A stretch of 64,000 nt of DNA from a bacterium (GTDB lineage Bacteria > Zhuqueibacterota > Zhuqueibacteria > Zhuqueibacterales > Zhuqueibacteraceae): NCBI GenBank assembly GCA_044869275.1, contig JBIOXB010000213.1, positions 11,075-75,074 of the forward strand, written 5' to 3'. The notes under the pieces are model-generated. The model saw only the letters and a program-made list of their open reading frames with translations, was not told the DNA's origin and did no database searches. Positions within the stretch are counted from its first letter, which is position 1. Each line of letters opens with the position of its first letter. Below, piece by piece: positions 9,928 through 19,689 of this stretch. The translations under genes and the position numbers were made by a program.

Positions 9928-10251
9928 ATGAAAAAGTGGGTGGTTCAAGATAGATACGGCAATACAATTTATTTGACCGAAGAGCGTTGGAACCATATTT
10001 TGGAATCGCGGCCTGAAATGGAGTTGCTGCTTGAGCAATTCCTCGAGACAATAGGTACAGGGCGGCGTAGACAAGAGGCATTAATACCGAACGAATATCG
10101 CTATTACAAGCAGTTTGACGAGTTGTTGCCTGCCAACAATCATCTTGTCGCCAAGGTTGTTTTCAAAACTTAATTGGACGAACATGGCGGCTTCATTCCC
10201 AATAATTTCGTAGTGACAGGTTGGCTTAAGCATATCGATCCCAAACGGTGA
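9928..10251 (+). pseudogene. Putative RelE-like/phage-nuclease-fold toxin interrupted by one in-frame TAA
   Basis: DRYGNTIYLTEERWNHILESRPEM...VVFKT*LDEHGGFIPNNFVVTGW...; frame continues 25 sense codons past TAA 10171 to TGA 10249, 4 nt before the DUF2283 gene. Confidence 0.65.
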
Positions 10252-10255
10252 TATT

Positions 10256-10672
10256 ATGAGCGAACTGAAACTGCATCGAAGCGAAGTGTTGTCTGCAAAT
10301 GGGGAGAAGATACGGCTGGTATATGACGAAAATGAGGACTTACTGGATATTTTTTTCGGCGAGAATGAACCAGCAACTGGGGTTGAACTTACGGATCATA
10401 TTCTTTTGCGGGTCAATCTGCAGACTGGGCGGGCTGTGAGTTTGACGATCTGTCATTTTTCGATTCTTACCGAGCTAACAGAATATGGGCCGCGTAGTTT
10501 TCCGCTCGATAATCTTGATGAACTGCCGGAGGATCTGCGAGAATTGGCTATTCGGGTAAGCATGAAGGACCCGGTCAACCGATTCTTGAAATTGTCTCAT
10601 TTTCAAGCATCTCCGACGAAGAGCGTCCCTCTTACTTATGTCGAGCCGTACCGGTTTGCATCTGCTGCTTGA
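10256..10672 (+). CDS. DUF2283 domain protein (putative antitoxin)
   Basis: IRLVYDENEDLLDIFF....ATGVELTDHILLRVN..TGRAVSLTI matches the YD...D.L.I pattern of DUF2283. Confidence 0.75.
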   Translation: MSELKLHRSEVLSANGEKIRLVYDENEDLLDIFFGENEPATGVELTDHILLRVNLQTGRAVSLTICHFSILTELTEYGPRSFPLDNLDELPEDLRELAIRVSMKDPVNRFLKLSHFQASPTKSVPLTYVEPYRFASAA

Positions 10673-10748
10673 GGTGAATCCGTCGATACTATGAAGAATT
10701 CGCTTGAGAAAAAATAATGAACGATTTAAACGCCTTCCCGGATGAATT

Positions 10749-11006
10749 CTATAACTTCTTCTCCTCCGTCAAATCTTCAATTCGTATTCCCTTCCCGTTC
10801 CGCAAGCTTTGTCGAGCGGAGGCGACACGCTGCAAAAATCTAGGATCGTTCTCAACCCGGTAATCAAACCAATCATCTTCCGTTTTGAAGCCGACCAATA
10901 CTCCGGCGGGCTTGCCGTGCCGCATGATCACAATCTCTTCTTTTGCTGCCAGACGAAGATATTTGGACAATTGGTCTTTAATCTCAGAAAGCGCTATCGT
11001 TTTCAT
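10749..11006 (-). CDS. Phd/YefM family antitoxin
   Basis: MKTIALSEIKDQLSKYLRLAAKEEIVIMRHGKPAGVLVG; overlaps the toxin stop. Confidence 0.9.
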   Translation of the reverse strand: MKTIALSEIKDQLSKYLRLAAKEEIVIMRHGKPAGVLVGFKTEDDWFDYRVENDPRFLQRVASARQSLRNGKGIRIEDLTEEKKL

Positions 11007-11295
11007 GTTTTTCTCCATATCGTTCAAGCCATTCAGAAGCCCGAGATTTTGGCACAATCGCCAAGATCTCAACCTCCGCCTCTTTGACGTCGTAAAAGAC
11101 TCGAAAGTCGTTGACGCGCAATCGATATTCCGGGCGGCTGAGGCCGCGCAAGTGTTTTATTCGGCTCCGGCTCGTCTTCTTAGGCTCATGTCGTAAATGA
11201 ACCTCGAGAGCCTCACGAAGCATTGAGCGCTCTCCGGCAGCCAGGCGCTTGAGGTCGTCCATGGCTTCAGGCGCCAGAATAATTTCGTAGCGCAT
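10984..11295 (-). CDS. RelE/ParE family toxin
   Basis: MRYEIILAPEAMDDLK...IKHLRG...EYRLRVNDFRVFYDV...VEILAI. Confidence 0.9.
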   Translation of the reverse strand: MRYEIILAPEAMDDLKRLAAGERSMLREALEVHLRHEPKKTSRSRIKHLRGLSRPEYRLRVNDFRVFYDVKEAEVEILAIVPKSRASEWLERYGEKHENDSAF

Positions 11296-11490
11296 TCTGG
11301 CCAGAATATAGCCAGATTTTCTTGAACTGCCAACATATTTTTTGTGTTTAAACAGAAATACAAAAGTTGCGGTGCTGACTTTGAATGCAGGGATAAAAAA
11401 CATGAATTCTACTTCCGTATTTGATCTGAGCCCTACGGAGTAGCGTATTTTCTTCTCAAGGATATAACGAGCGATGATCCTCCCATCGAC

Positions 11491-11997
11491 TTGCCCCTCG
11501 TGGTCGCTGTGGTATCAATCCCCTCCGCGATAATCATGTTTGTGCTGACCAGCCAGATTGCAATGATCTTTGCTGGCGAGAGAAATTTGCCCGAACATGC
11601 CGGAACAAAAGCACAAAACACGCGAATGTACTCGCGTCATCGTATTTATACTTTTATGCTCCCTGCACTTGCTCTTCTGGTTTTGATGCTATATAATTGG
11701 AGCATACAAGATTTCTTTGCATGTGCTCTCCTGATACTGTTGACGGGCTTGCGGTTTGCGAGCATACCGTTGCTTTTTTCCATGCACGGAAAAACCCCGC
11801 CACCGATGAGAAGCGCTTGTACGTTTTCTCACTATGCAGTTTTTGTATTTGTTACGTTTGCCCTCGCTTTGTCGGCTTTCCATAGTTACAGCAACGTGGT
11901 GTTGGACATTATTGAGAATCCCACCGCTTCCAACGAAGACTTGAGTGGGTTGAGTGACAATTTTTTTGTGAGGCAAAACAATTGTCCAACGGATTAA
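11491..11997 (+). CDS. Hypothetical membrane protein
   Basis: 168-aa ORF with about four hydrophobic segments; no recognised motif; start uncertain. Confidence 0.3.
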   Translation: MPLVVAVVSIPSAIIMFVLTSQIAMIFAGERNLPEHAGTKAQNTRMYSRHRIYTFMLPALALLVLMLYNWSIQDFFACALLILLTGLRFASIPLLFSMHGKTPPPMRSACTFSHYAVFVFVTFALALSAFHSYSNVVLDIIENPTASNEDLSGLSDNFFVRQNNCPTD

Positions 11998-12112
11998 AGA
12001 ACGACCAACGGATTCAAAATAAAATCTGCTGGTCGCTTTTCCGCCATTGTGCAAGAAACTCTCAGCATCCTGTTGAGCGTGGGATGTGGAAAAATTCCAG
12101 CGATAAGGCTTC

Positions 12113-12568
12113 TTGATTGTGATCCACGAGGCCAAAAACTGCTTAACTCTCCGTTATCCGCTTCTGCTTGGAATTCTGAGCTTTCTTTTTTTGCTCAGAG
12201 TGTTGGGGCAGATCCTGGTCGCTTTTTGCGGAGTGACTTTTCTGCCGCCCATGGAGCGTTGGTATTCGGGGCTTCTTTCCTATTCTTTCCTCCTGCCTAT
12301 CCAGATCCTTTTCATCGCGGTGATGGCCAAAGTCGTGATTGATCTTTACCGCGGTCATGGCTTTTTCACGCAGCCCAGAGCGCGAGGAGGTATATTTATA
12401 AAGTGGTTCAGTTACGTCTATTTTCTGTCCATGGTCGTGCGTTATGTCATCACCATGGCGCTAACGATCTACGGAGCGGGCCACGATGAGTTTAATGGAG
12501 CCGGACGTTGCTCTGACCGATTACGGTCTTACTATAGAATGCACGGTTCTTGCCATGTTGCTCTATAA
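12113..12568 (+). CDS. Hypothetical membrane protein, possibly 3'-truncated
   Basis: Three hydrophobic segments around LPPMERWYSGLLSYSFLLP; sequence after YVITMA looks non-coding and overlaps the next gene by 83 nt. Confidence 0.5.
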   Translation: MIVIHEAKNCLTLRYPLLLGILSFLFLLRVLGQILVAFCGVTFLPPMERWYSGLLSYSFLLPIQILFIAVMAKVVIDLYRGHGFFTQPRARGGIFIKWFSYVYFLSMVVRYVITMALTIYGAGHDEFNGAGRCSDRLRSYYRMHGSCHVAL

Positions 12569-13142
12569 ACAGGATCGGCGCCGTGATGCCATCCGCTTCT
12601 GGTTTATCGTGCTTTTTGCCGCTTTGGGATTTGGCGCCTTCCTAGGTGGTACCGAGCACGGTTTCATCGAGAATAAAACCTCGAGGATTCACGGGCTCGT
12701 GTGGTCGGCCACGCTCATCAGCATCGGAGTCGCTGCCCTGGCCGCTTGGGCTATTGGCGCCAGATTGCTTTTTTTCGAGCAGGCTGTTCGCTGGATCACC
12801 GGCGCTGCCCTTCTCGTCTTCTTGTTTTACTCGGTGCTAGTCCTATGGCTCATTCGGGAGTTTTGGATTGCGATTGTGTATTACTTGCCGGCCGCCGTCT
12901 TTTTGCTTACGGCCTTTCTCGTCGAATATAAACGCACACCGCGAGGATATCTTCGTGCCGGAGTTGCGGGTCTTGGGCTTACTTTTGTGGCCGCGATTGT
13001 GCAGCAAGCGGGTTTTGGCCTGCATCCGGAGTACTTCGACCATAATGCACTGTATCATCTGATCCAGGCGATTGGATTTTTCCTCATTTACCGCTGCGCT
13101 CATGGTTTGATCGCTACGAAAATCGCAAATCGGCAATCGTAA
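12486..13142 (+). CDS. DUF6962-like 7-TM membrane protein (CREST-like His motifs)
   Basis: EPD.ALTDY, GGTEHG, FDHNALYH; multiple TM helices; GGAG upstream. Confidence 0.7.
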   Translation: MSLMEPDVALTDYGLTIECTVLAMLLYKQDRRRDAIRFWFIVLFAALGFGAFLGGTEHGFIENKTSRIHGLVWSATLISIGVAALAAWAIGARLLFFEQAVRWITGAALLVFLFYSVLVLWLIREFWIAIVYYLPAAVFLLTAFLVEYKRTPRGYLRAGVAGLGLTFVAAIVQQAGFGLHPEYFDHNALYHLIQAIGFFLIYRCAHGLIATKIANRQS

Positions 13143-13168
13143 ATCAGTTACATAGTCAGGGAGAAAAT

Positions 13169-14665
13169 ATGAAAACGCGTCGTGAGTTTCTCCGCTTGCT
13201 CGCAAGTTCTGCAGCCGGGTTCGTGTTCTTGCCCCATGGGCAGCGGCATTTGCCCGAGGACGATCTCGGTGTACTGGTTAACGATATTCACGCCCAGCTC
13301 AATCCGACCCGCGTTCATCGGGTAGCTTCTATCGATTCCGTCGCGACTTTGCGTGCAGCGCTCAAAAAAGCCCGCGCCGACGGCAAGGCTGTGAGTATTG
13401 CCGGCGGGCGCCATTCCATGGGCGGACAACAGTTTGGCGCCGGCACGGTGCTGATCGACACGCGACCTATGAACCGAGTCACTGGGCTTGAGCAAGAGCG
13501 CGGGATTGTCGAAGTCGAGGCTGGGATCCAGTGGCCGGCGCTGGTCGAGGCTTTGATCAGTATGCAAGCAGGCCAGGCGAGGCCATGGGGGATCATTCAG
13601 AAGCAAACTGGCGCCGACCGATTGTGCCTTGGCGGCGCTCTGTCTTCTAATATCCACGGCCGCGGACTTAAATTTCAACCTCTCATCGCCGACATCGAGT
13701 CTTTTACCCTGATGAATGCCGAGGGCGAATTGCAGCATTGCTCCCGTGCCGAGAACGAAGAGTTGTTCCGCCTCGCCATCGGTGGCTATGGCCTCTTCGG
13801 GATTATTGTCACTGTAAAACTGCGACTCATGCCGCGCACCAAGCTTGAACGTATGGTCGAGCTCATTGAGGTGGACAAGCTCATGCCGGCCCTCGAGCAG
13901 CGGATCGCTGCTGGCTACCTCTACGGCGATTGTCAGTTTTCCATTGAGACATCTTCGGAGGATTTCTTGAAAAAAGGGGTGTTTTCCTGCTATCGGCCGT
14001 TACCCGCAGACAGCCCCATGCCTGCTGAGCAGAAGGAGCTGGCAGAGGCGGACTGGCAGGGGCTGTATTATCTTGCCCACACCGATGCAAGAAGCGCCTT
14101 CGAGCGATATTCCTCTTACTATCTTTCCACCCATGGTCAGAGATACTGGTCGGACACGCACCAGCTTGGTGTTTATGTCGATGAGTATCATAAAAAACTA
14201 GACGAAGGTCTGGGATCTGGTGCGAAGGCTACCGAGATGATCACCGAAGTTTATGTGCCACGTTCCGCCTTGCCGCAATTTATGAACACCGTGCGCGAGG
14301 ATTTCCGCAAGAACGAGGTGCAGGTGATTTACGGCACGATCCGGCTGATCGAGCGCGACTCTGAGTCCTTCCTGGCTTGGGCCAAGGAAGCGTATGCCTG
14401 TATCGTGATGAATTTGCACGTTGTTCATAGCGAGCAGGGCATTCGCAAGGCGGCGGAGGATTTTCGCCGTCTCATTGCTCACGCGATCAGCTTTGGTGGA
14501 AGCTATTTTCTGACCTACCACCGGTGGGCAAGCCGGGAGCAAGTGCAGATTTGCTATCCGCAGATGATCGACTTTCTAAAACTCAAGAGAAAATATGACC
14601 CAAACGAGACCTTTCAAAGCGATTGGTACCGCCATTATCGGCAGATGTTTGGATTAGACAAATAG
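13169..14665 (+). CDS. Tat-exported FAD-binding oxidoreductase (FAD_binding_4 / VAO-ALO superfamily)
   Basis: TRREFLR twin-arginine motif; AGGRHSMGGQ; GG.LS.NIHGRG; ELF.LAIGGYGLFGII; C-terminal LKRKYDPNETF. Confidence 0.85.
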   Translation: MKTRREFLRLLASSAAGFVFLPHGQRHLPEDDLGVLVNDIHAQLNPTRVHRVASIDSVATLRAALKKARADGKAVSIAGGRHSMGGQQFGAGTVLIDTRPMNRVTGLEQERGIVEVEAGIQWPALVEALISMQAGQARPWGIIQKQTGADRLCLGGALSSNIHGRGLKFQPLIADIESFTLMNAEGELQHCSRAENEELFRLAIGGYGLFGIIVTVKLRLMPRTKLERMVELIEVDKLMPALEQRIAAGYLYGDCQFSIETSSEDFLKKGVFSCYRPLPADSPMPAEQKELAEADWQGLYYLAHTDARSAFERYSSYYLSTHGQRYWSDTHQLGVYVDEYHKKLDEGLGSGAKATEMITEVYVPRSALPQFMNTVREDFRKNEVQVIYGTIRLIERDSESFLAWAKEAYACIVMNLHVVHSEQGIRKAAEDFRRLIAHAISFGGSYFLTYHRWASREQVQICYPQMIDFLKLKRKYDPNETFQSDWYRHYRQMFGLDK

Positions 14666-14762
14666 GAGCATCGTGGTGAAATCTCTGCAAGAAAGCAAAA
14701 GCTTTCAGCCCATAACAACTTTGCACTATTGTCAACCATTCGCCAACTTGCGGAGATTGAAT

Positions 14763-15283
14763 ATGAAGCCTTCTGTCCACACATATGTTGTTTTTGTGCT
14801 CGTTGTTCTCTGCATCGGCTGTCAGAATTCTGACGTGTCGACAGAAAAACTTCGGCGCTTCCCGATCGCGAATTTGGAGAATGTGCTAACCCGATCAGGC
14901 GTTTCCTTTGATCAAACGGTCTCCAGCGACGGCAACGGCGCTTTCAAAATCGTTGCTGATCAGCCGACGACGGTACGGCTTTTTGAAGTGCGCGGCCTCG
15001 AGGTCGAGAACGCTCGTCTCCTTTACCAGGCACGGCTCAGAACCGAAGAGGTCAAGGGTCAAGTCTATCTCGGGATGTGGTGCCAATTTCCCGGGTTAGG
15101 CGAGTTCTTTTCGCGAGGTCTGCATGCCCCGTTGACCGGCACCGTGGAGTGGACGACGCAGGAGATTCCGTTCTTTCTCCAGCGGGCCAGAATCCCGAAG
15201 TGGTCAAGCTGAACCTGGTCGTCAACGGCCAGGGTACGGCCTGGATTGACGACATCGTATTATCAAAGGGCGCTCTCGAATGA
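14763..15283 (+). pseudogene. Lipoprotein with jelly-roll/CBM-like domain, frameshifted near 15182
   Basis: Lipobox CIG-C; reading ...EIPFFLQ continues in another frame as AGQNPEVVKLNLVVNGQGTAWIDDIVL. Confidence 0.65.
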
Positions 15284-15334
15284 AAGTCTGCGGTTAGCCA
15301 TGGACTTACAGCCAGACGGCGGAAAAACGCCATC

Positions 15335-15373
15335 CCCATCTCGTTCCCAAGTTCAACTTGGGAACGAGATGGG
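15335..15373. repeat. Near-perfect palindrome, CTCGT-type REP; possible bidirectional terminator
   Basis: CCCATCTCGTTCCCAAGTT-C-AACTTGGGAACGAGATGGG between convergent genes. Confidence 0.8.
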
Positions 15374-15406
15374 CAAACGAGATGGGGGATGGAACGGGAT
15401 TGCAGG

Positions 15407-16534
15407 CTATTTCAATACCGTGAGCTTGCGCGTCAGCGTGATTGCTCCGCCGTGGCGTGCGCTTGCCTCAAGGCGGTAGAGATACAGTCCGCTCGTGACC
15501 GGATTGCCAAAACTGTCGCGGCCGTTCCACCGTGCTTCATGCTCACCCGCGCTTTTCGCGCCCTCGCTCAGGGTCGCGACCAGGCGCCCGGAGAGATCGT
15601 AAACCGCGAGTTTCACCTGGCTCTCCGCCGGCAGGGTGTAGCGAATTGCAGTTTCCGGGTTGAAGGGATTGGGAAAGTTTTGCGCCAATGCGAAGCGCGC
15701 CGGCAGTCCCGTGCGATCTTGATCGTCGGTGACGCCGGTGGTCAAGGAAGACAGCCGGCCAAAGCTGGAAGCATCACTGAAATTAGGATTCGTCTCATTA
15801 TCCTGGCTCGACACCTGCGCGACAAAAAAATTGGCTTTTGAAACCCAGAGATAGTCAATGGTCGTCGAGCTGTCAGAGGAGAACACGACTCCCCCGACCA
15901 CGGTTTTGGAAACGGTCTTGTTGTCGCTGCGAACACGCAGGCAGGCGAAATCGCCGATGGGCAAGCGCACGGTGCCCCAGGCTTCGGCGCTGTTATTCGA
16001 AGTGTTTGTGGTGGTGATGTAAAAATCCGGTGGCGTGCCGAACGTGTCCGATTCGACCGTATTCCAGGTTGTGCCGAATTGCAGAGGCAGGGGCGCCACT
16101 TCTGACTCGAAGGGCAGCACGAAGGAAGTATCCGGCGTTTGCGCGGCGCCGCCCAGGGCGCGCAAGCTGTTGCTGGTCACTTGGGAATAGGAGTAGAATG
16201 CCGATCCTGGCTGCGAGGGCGTCGTGCTGCGCTGCGCGAAATTGGCCTGTGGAAAATCGGCGGGAAAGGGCGTGGCCTGCGGCGCGAGAAAGGCATAATC
16301 GAACCGATCCGCCTGCAATGCCACATTGCGAAAATCCCAGATCTGATTTGCACCCCCGGCGCCGACGTTCACGGTGATGCTGCCGGTGGTGTCGGTTTCG
16401 AACTCCTGCGACTTGCCAATAAGCGCGAGAATATCATTTGACGTCACCGTGATCTGTGCGTATGCCGCGACCGCGGGGAAAAGCAACGCGCTCAACACCC
16501 AAAGCCTCCGCCTGCGAGTAGAGCTTGTCTTCAT
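15407..16534 (-). CDS. Secreted protein with C-terminal FlgD-Ig / secretion-tail domain
   Basis: Signal peptide ..AAYA-Q; FALAQNFPNPFNPETAIRY...WNGRDSFG.PV.SGLYLYRL. Confidence 0.85.
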   Translation of the reverse strand: MKTSSTRRRRLWVLSALLFPAVAAYAQITVTSNDILALIGKSQEFETDTTGSITVNVGAGGANQIWDFRNVALQADRFDYAFLAPQATPFPADFPQANFAQRSTTPSQPGSAFYSYSQVTSNSLRALGGAAQTPDTSFVLPFESEVAPLPLQFGTTWNTVESDTFGTPPDFYITTTNTSNNSAEAWGTVRLPIGDFACLRVRSDNKTVSKTVVGGVVFSSDSSTTIDYLWVSKANFFVAQVSSQDNETNPNFSDASSFGRLSSLTTGVTDDQDRTGLPARFALAQNFPNPFNPETAIRYTLPAESQVKLAVYDLSGRLVATLSEGAKSAGEHEARWNGRDSFGNPVTSGLYLYRLEASARHGGAITLTRKLTVLK

Positions 16535-16617
16535 GAAGCACTCCAAGAATGGTGAAAGGTGCATGGTGAATGAAAAGGCAACATGATTCCGGGCTAGTCT
16601 GAGCGGTCGGTCTCACT

Positions 16618-17970
16618 TCAGAACCTCAGGGTAAAGACCGTTTCGGCCTCCGGCTGCGAGTGCACGCTAATCGTGCCGCGGTGCAGACGCATGATCTGTC
16701 GCGACAGGCTGAGGCCGATGCCGGAGCCGCCGGACTTCGTGGTAAAGAACGGAATGAAGATTTTTTCGATCACTTCCGGCAAAATGCCCGGCCCGTTGTC
16801 CGCGATTTGCAGCAGCACGCGGCCGCGTTCGTCCAGGCGCGAGCGCAGCTCGATTTTGGCGAGTGGCCGGTGTTCCACGGCTTGAATGGCATTCAACAAG
16901 AGATTGATGAGCACTTGCTCGATCAACTCCGGATCGGCGGTCACTTCCAAGCTCTCCGGCACGATCGTCACGCGCAAATCAATCGCCTGCGCTGCAACTT
17001 GTGCCCGCATCAATTGCTGCACGCCGTGCAACATATTTTTGACCGGGAAGATTTGAAAATTCGGCTTGGGAATGCGGGTGAGATTGCGATAGGCGTCGAC
17101 GAAATGCAGCAAGCCTTCGCTGCGCTTTTGAATGGTCTGCGCCGCGCCGCGCACATCGCTCACGGTCTCCGTTTCCAGGCCGTTGGCGGACGAGGGCTTG
17201 CCGTTGGCCAGCAGCAAATCGTTGATGGTCGAGGCCAGCGAGGCGATGGGCGTAACCGAATTCATGATTTCATGAGTGAGCACTCGAATGAGTTTTTGCC
17301 ACGCTTCCAGTTCCTTCTCTTCCAACTCGCTTTGAATATTTTGCAGCGAGACCAGCGTATATCTTTGCTCGCGCATTTTGAGCTCGGTGGCGTGCAGCGC
17401 CAATTGCAAAACCTCATTGCGATCATCGACTTTGACCAGCGCTCTTTCGCCGGAGCGCAATTGCAGCAGCTTTTCCACCAGCGATTTACTGTACGCTTCG
17501 AGCGTGTGAATGTTTTTCGCTGTGGGCGCGCGCAACAGGCGCCGGGCGGCATTATTGATGAGCTCGATTTCGCCGTTGGGCTGAAACGAAATCAAGCCGA
17601 TGCCGACGTGTTGCACCACGGTTTGCAAATAGCGATAATGCTCTTCCTTTTCCGCACGCGCCTGCTGGAATTTCGCAATGACTTCACTGAACGCTGTTTT
17701 CAATTCGTCGAAGGCGGAGCCCAAGCCCGCGCCGGTGAAGCTTTGTGAAAAATCGCTGTGTTTGATGGCGTCAAAAAAGCGGCTAAGATCGCGGTTGGTT
17801 CTTTCGACGTAATTGAGCAGGGATTGAATTTGATACAAGCACAAACCCGCGACGATGACGATGGTCGCGTGCAAAGCGGTTTCGTAGAGTAAATAAAAAA
17901 GCAGCAGGAAGGAAGCCACGAGCAGCAGCACGCGGCCGATGACCTGCAGGCGAAAGCGCTTATAGACCAT
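16618..17970 (-). CDS. NtrY-like membrane sensor histidine kinase
   Basis: Two N-terminal TMs, PAS-like region, H-box LTHEIMNSVTPI, N-box NLLLNA, DNGPGI, FFTTKSGGSGIGL. Confidence 0.93.
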   Translation of the reverse strand: MVYKRFRLQVIGRVLLLVASFLLLFYLLYETALHATIVIVAGLCLYQIQSLLNYVERTNRDLSRFFDAIKHSDFSQSFTGAGLGSAFDELKTAFSEVIAKFQQARAEKEEHYRYLQTVVQHVGIGLISFQPNGEIELINNAARRLLRAPTAKNIHTLEAYSKSLVEKLLQLRSGERALVKVDDRNEVLQLALHATELKMREQRYTLVSLQNIQSELEEKELEAWQKLIRVLTHEIMNSVTPIASLASTINDLLLANGKPSSANGLETETVSDVRGAAQTIQKRSEGLLHFVDAYRNLTRIPKPNFQIFPVKNMLHGVQQLMRAQVAAQAIDLRVTIVPESLEVTADPELIEQVLINLLLNAIQAVEHRPLAKIELRSRLDERGRVLLQIADNGPGILPEVIEKIFIPFFTTKSGGSGIGLSLSRQIMRLHRGTISVHSQPEAETVFTLRF

Positions 17971-19339
17971 ACTTTTCCAACCGGCGATAAAGGGAAGTGC
18001 GCGTCAAACCCAATTCACGCGCAGCCTGGCTGATGTTGCCGCCGTGCTTGCTGATGGTGCGGCGAATGACGGCCTTCTCGACTTCTTCCAAATTATAATT
18101 GTCAAATACCAGCCCATTTTCTTTCGCCTCCGCGGGCAACAGCAAAAAGTCTCCGGGCTGCAATACTTGCTCCTCGCCGAGAATGACGGCGCGCTCGAGC
18201 GCATGCTGTAATTCGCGCACGTTGCCGGGCCAGGCATATTTCTCCAGCTTCTTGAACGTGGCGGCATTGACGCGCTTTAAAGGCTTTTGGTATTTTTTCG
18301 AGTACAAGTGCAGAAAATGGTCCACCAGCAGCGGAATATCCTCCAAGCGCTCGCGCAGCGGCGGCAGCTTGATTTCCACCGTGTTGATGCGATACAGCAA
18401 ATCCTGCCGGAATCTTTTTTCGGCCACCAAATCGTGAATCGGCATGTTGGTGGCACAAATCAGGCGAATGTCGATGGGGCGCGGCTGGTTGGAGCCCAGG
18501 CGCGTAATTTGGCGGTTCTGCAACGCCGTCAAAAGCTTGGCCTGCAACGGCAATGACAGGTTGCCGATTTCATCGAGAAACAGGGTGCCGCCCGAAGCGA
18601 TTTCAAAGCGGCCGGCGCGTTCTTCTTTGGCGTCGGTGAAGGCGCCTTTCACGTGCCCGAACAATTCACTTTCGAACAGGGTCTCGCTCAACGCGCCCAT
18701 ATCGACGCTGATGAAAACTTCCCTGCCGCGCTGCGACTGGCGGTGCAGCTCGCGCGCCACCAACTCCTTGCCTGTGCCGTTTTCCCCCAGAATCAAAACA
18801 TTGGCGTCCGTGTGCGCGACTTTCTTAATCGTGGCGAATATGTTCTGCATCGCGGCACTGGCGCCGACAAAATCCTGGAATTGCTGGTCGAGATCCGCGC
18901 TCAGCTGCTGCTGTTGCATTTTCAAATGGCTGACTTCGACGCGCGATTGTCGCAGATTCATCGCCGCTGACAGAGTGGCCAGCAGTTTTTCATTTTGCCA
19001 GGGCTTGAGCACGAAATCCGTGGCGCCGGCCTTGATGGCCTGCACCGCCATTTCCACATCACCGAAGGCCGTGATTAAAACCACCACGGCCGAGGGGTCG
19101 ACGGTCAAAATCTGATTCAACCAATAAAATCCCTCGCTGCCGCTGCTGACGTCGCGCGTGAAATTCATGTCCAAAAGAATGACGTCGTAATTTTCATTCT
19201 TCAGCAGCCCCGGCAGCATTTCCGGTTTTTTTTCCGTATGCACCGCGACAAAATGCTGCTTTAAGAATAAACGCGCCGCGTGCAGCACGTCCTCATCGTC
19301 GTCGATCACGAGAACTTTGCCGAATTTTTTGGTGATCAT
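17960..19339 (-). CDS. NtrC-family sigma-54-dependent response regulator
   Basis: REC (VIDDD, LLDMN), GENGTGKE, GAFTDA, LFLDEIG, WPGNVREL, Fis-type HTH. Confidence 0.95.
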   Translation of the reverse strand: MITKKFGKVLVIDDDEDVLHAARLFLKQHFVAVHTEKKPEMLPGLLKNENYDVILLDMNFTRDVSSGSEGFYWLNQILTVDPSAVVVLITAFGDVEMAVQAIKAGATDFVLKPWQNEKLLATLSAAMNLRQSRVEVSHLKMQQQQLSADLDQQFQDFVGASAAMQNIFATIKKVAHTDANVLILGENGTGKELVARELHRQSQRGREVFISVDMGALSETLFESELFGHVKGAFTDAKEERAGRFEIASGGTLFLDEIGNLSLPLQAKLLTALQNRQITRLGSNQPRPIDIRLICATNMPIHDLVAEKRFRQDLLYRINTVEIKLPPLRERLEDIPLLVDHFLHLYSKKYQKPLKRVNAATFKKLEKYAWPGNVRELQHALERAVILGEEQVLQPGDFLLLPAEAKENGLVFDNYNLEEVEKAVIRRTISKHGGNISQAARELGLTRTSLYRRLEKYGL

Positions 19340-19689
19340 GTGGGTAAGCGCCTTGACTTTCGATTGTGCAACAGACCGGGATCTGTGTTGCAGCGGAGAC
19401 GAATTTACACAATCACGCCGGAAAGCGAAAGCATTTTCTCGGCGCCTGCATACGAAACCGTCCGGCCGTTGTTGCGAGACCGGGGAAGATTTGTCCTTCT
19501 TAAGACACGTGATTGGGGCCGTTGGTTGCCCGCTTCTTGCATCTTTCAGCTGAATTAGCGATTTTGATAAACTTTGCAGTGCCTGGCGCAGTTGCCGGAA
19601 AAGCGTTTACAAGCCTCTCTTTTGAGCGGGGGCAGGACCTCTTTTCGCCGCAGCAATTTCGTCGCCAGGCATGACACCTTTCGGAGGAA

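Noticed and set aside
9586..10173. Stop-codon reassignment suggested by in-frame TAG/TAA/TGA in TA genes
   Set aside because: All three stops terminate normal genes throughout the window; interruptions are confined to decaying accessory genes
17960..19339. GAFTDA instead of GAFTGA as a sign of a defective activator
   Set aside because: GAFTDA is a common natural variant in this subfamily; all other motifs are intact
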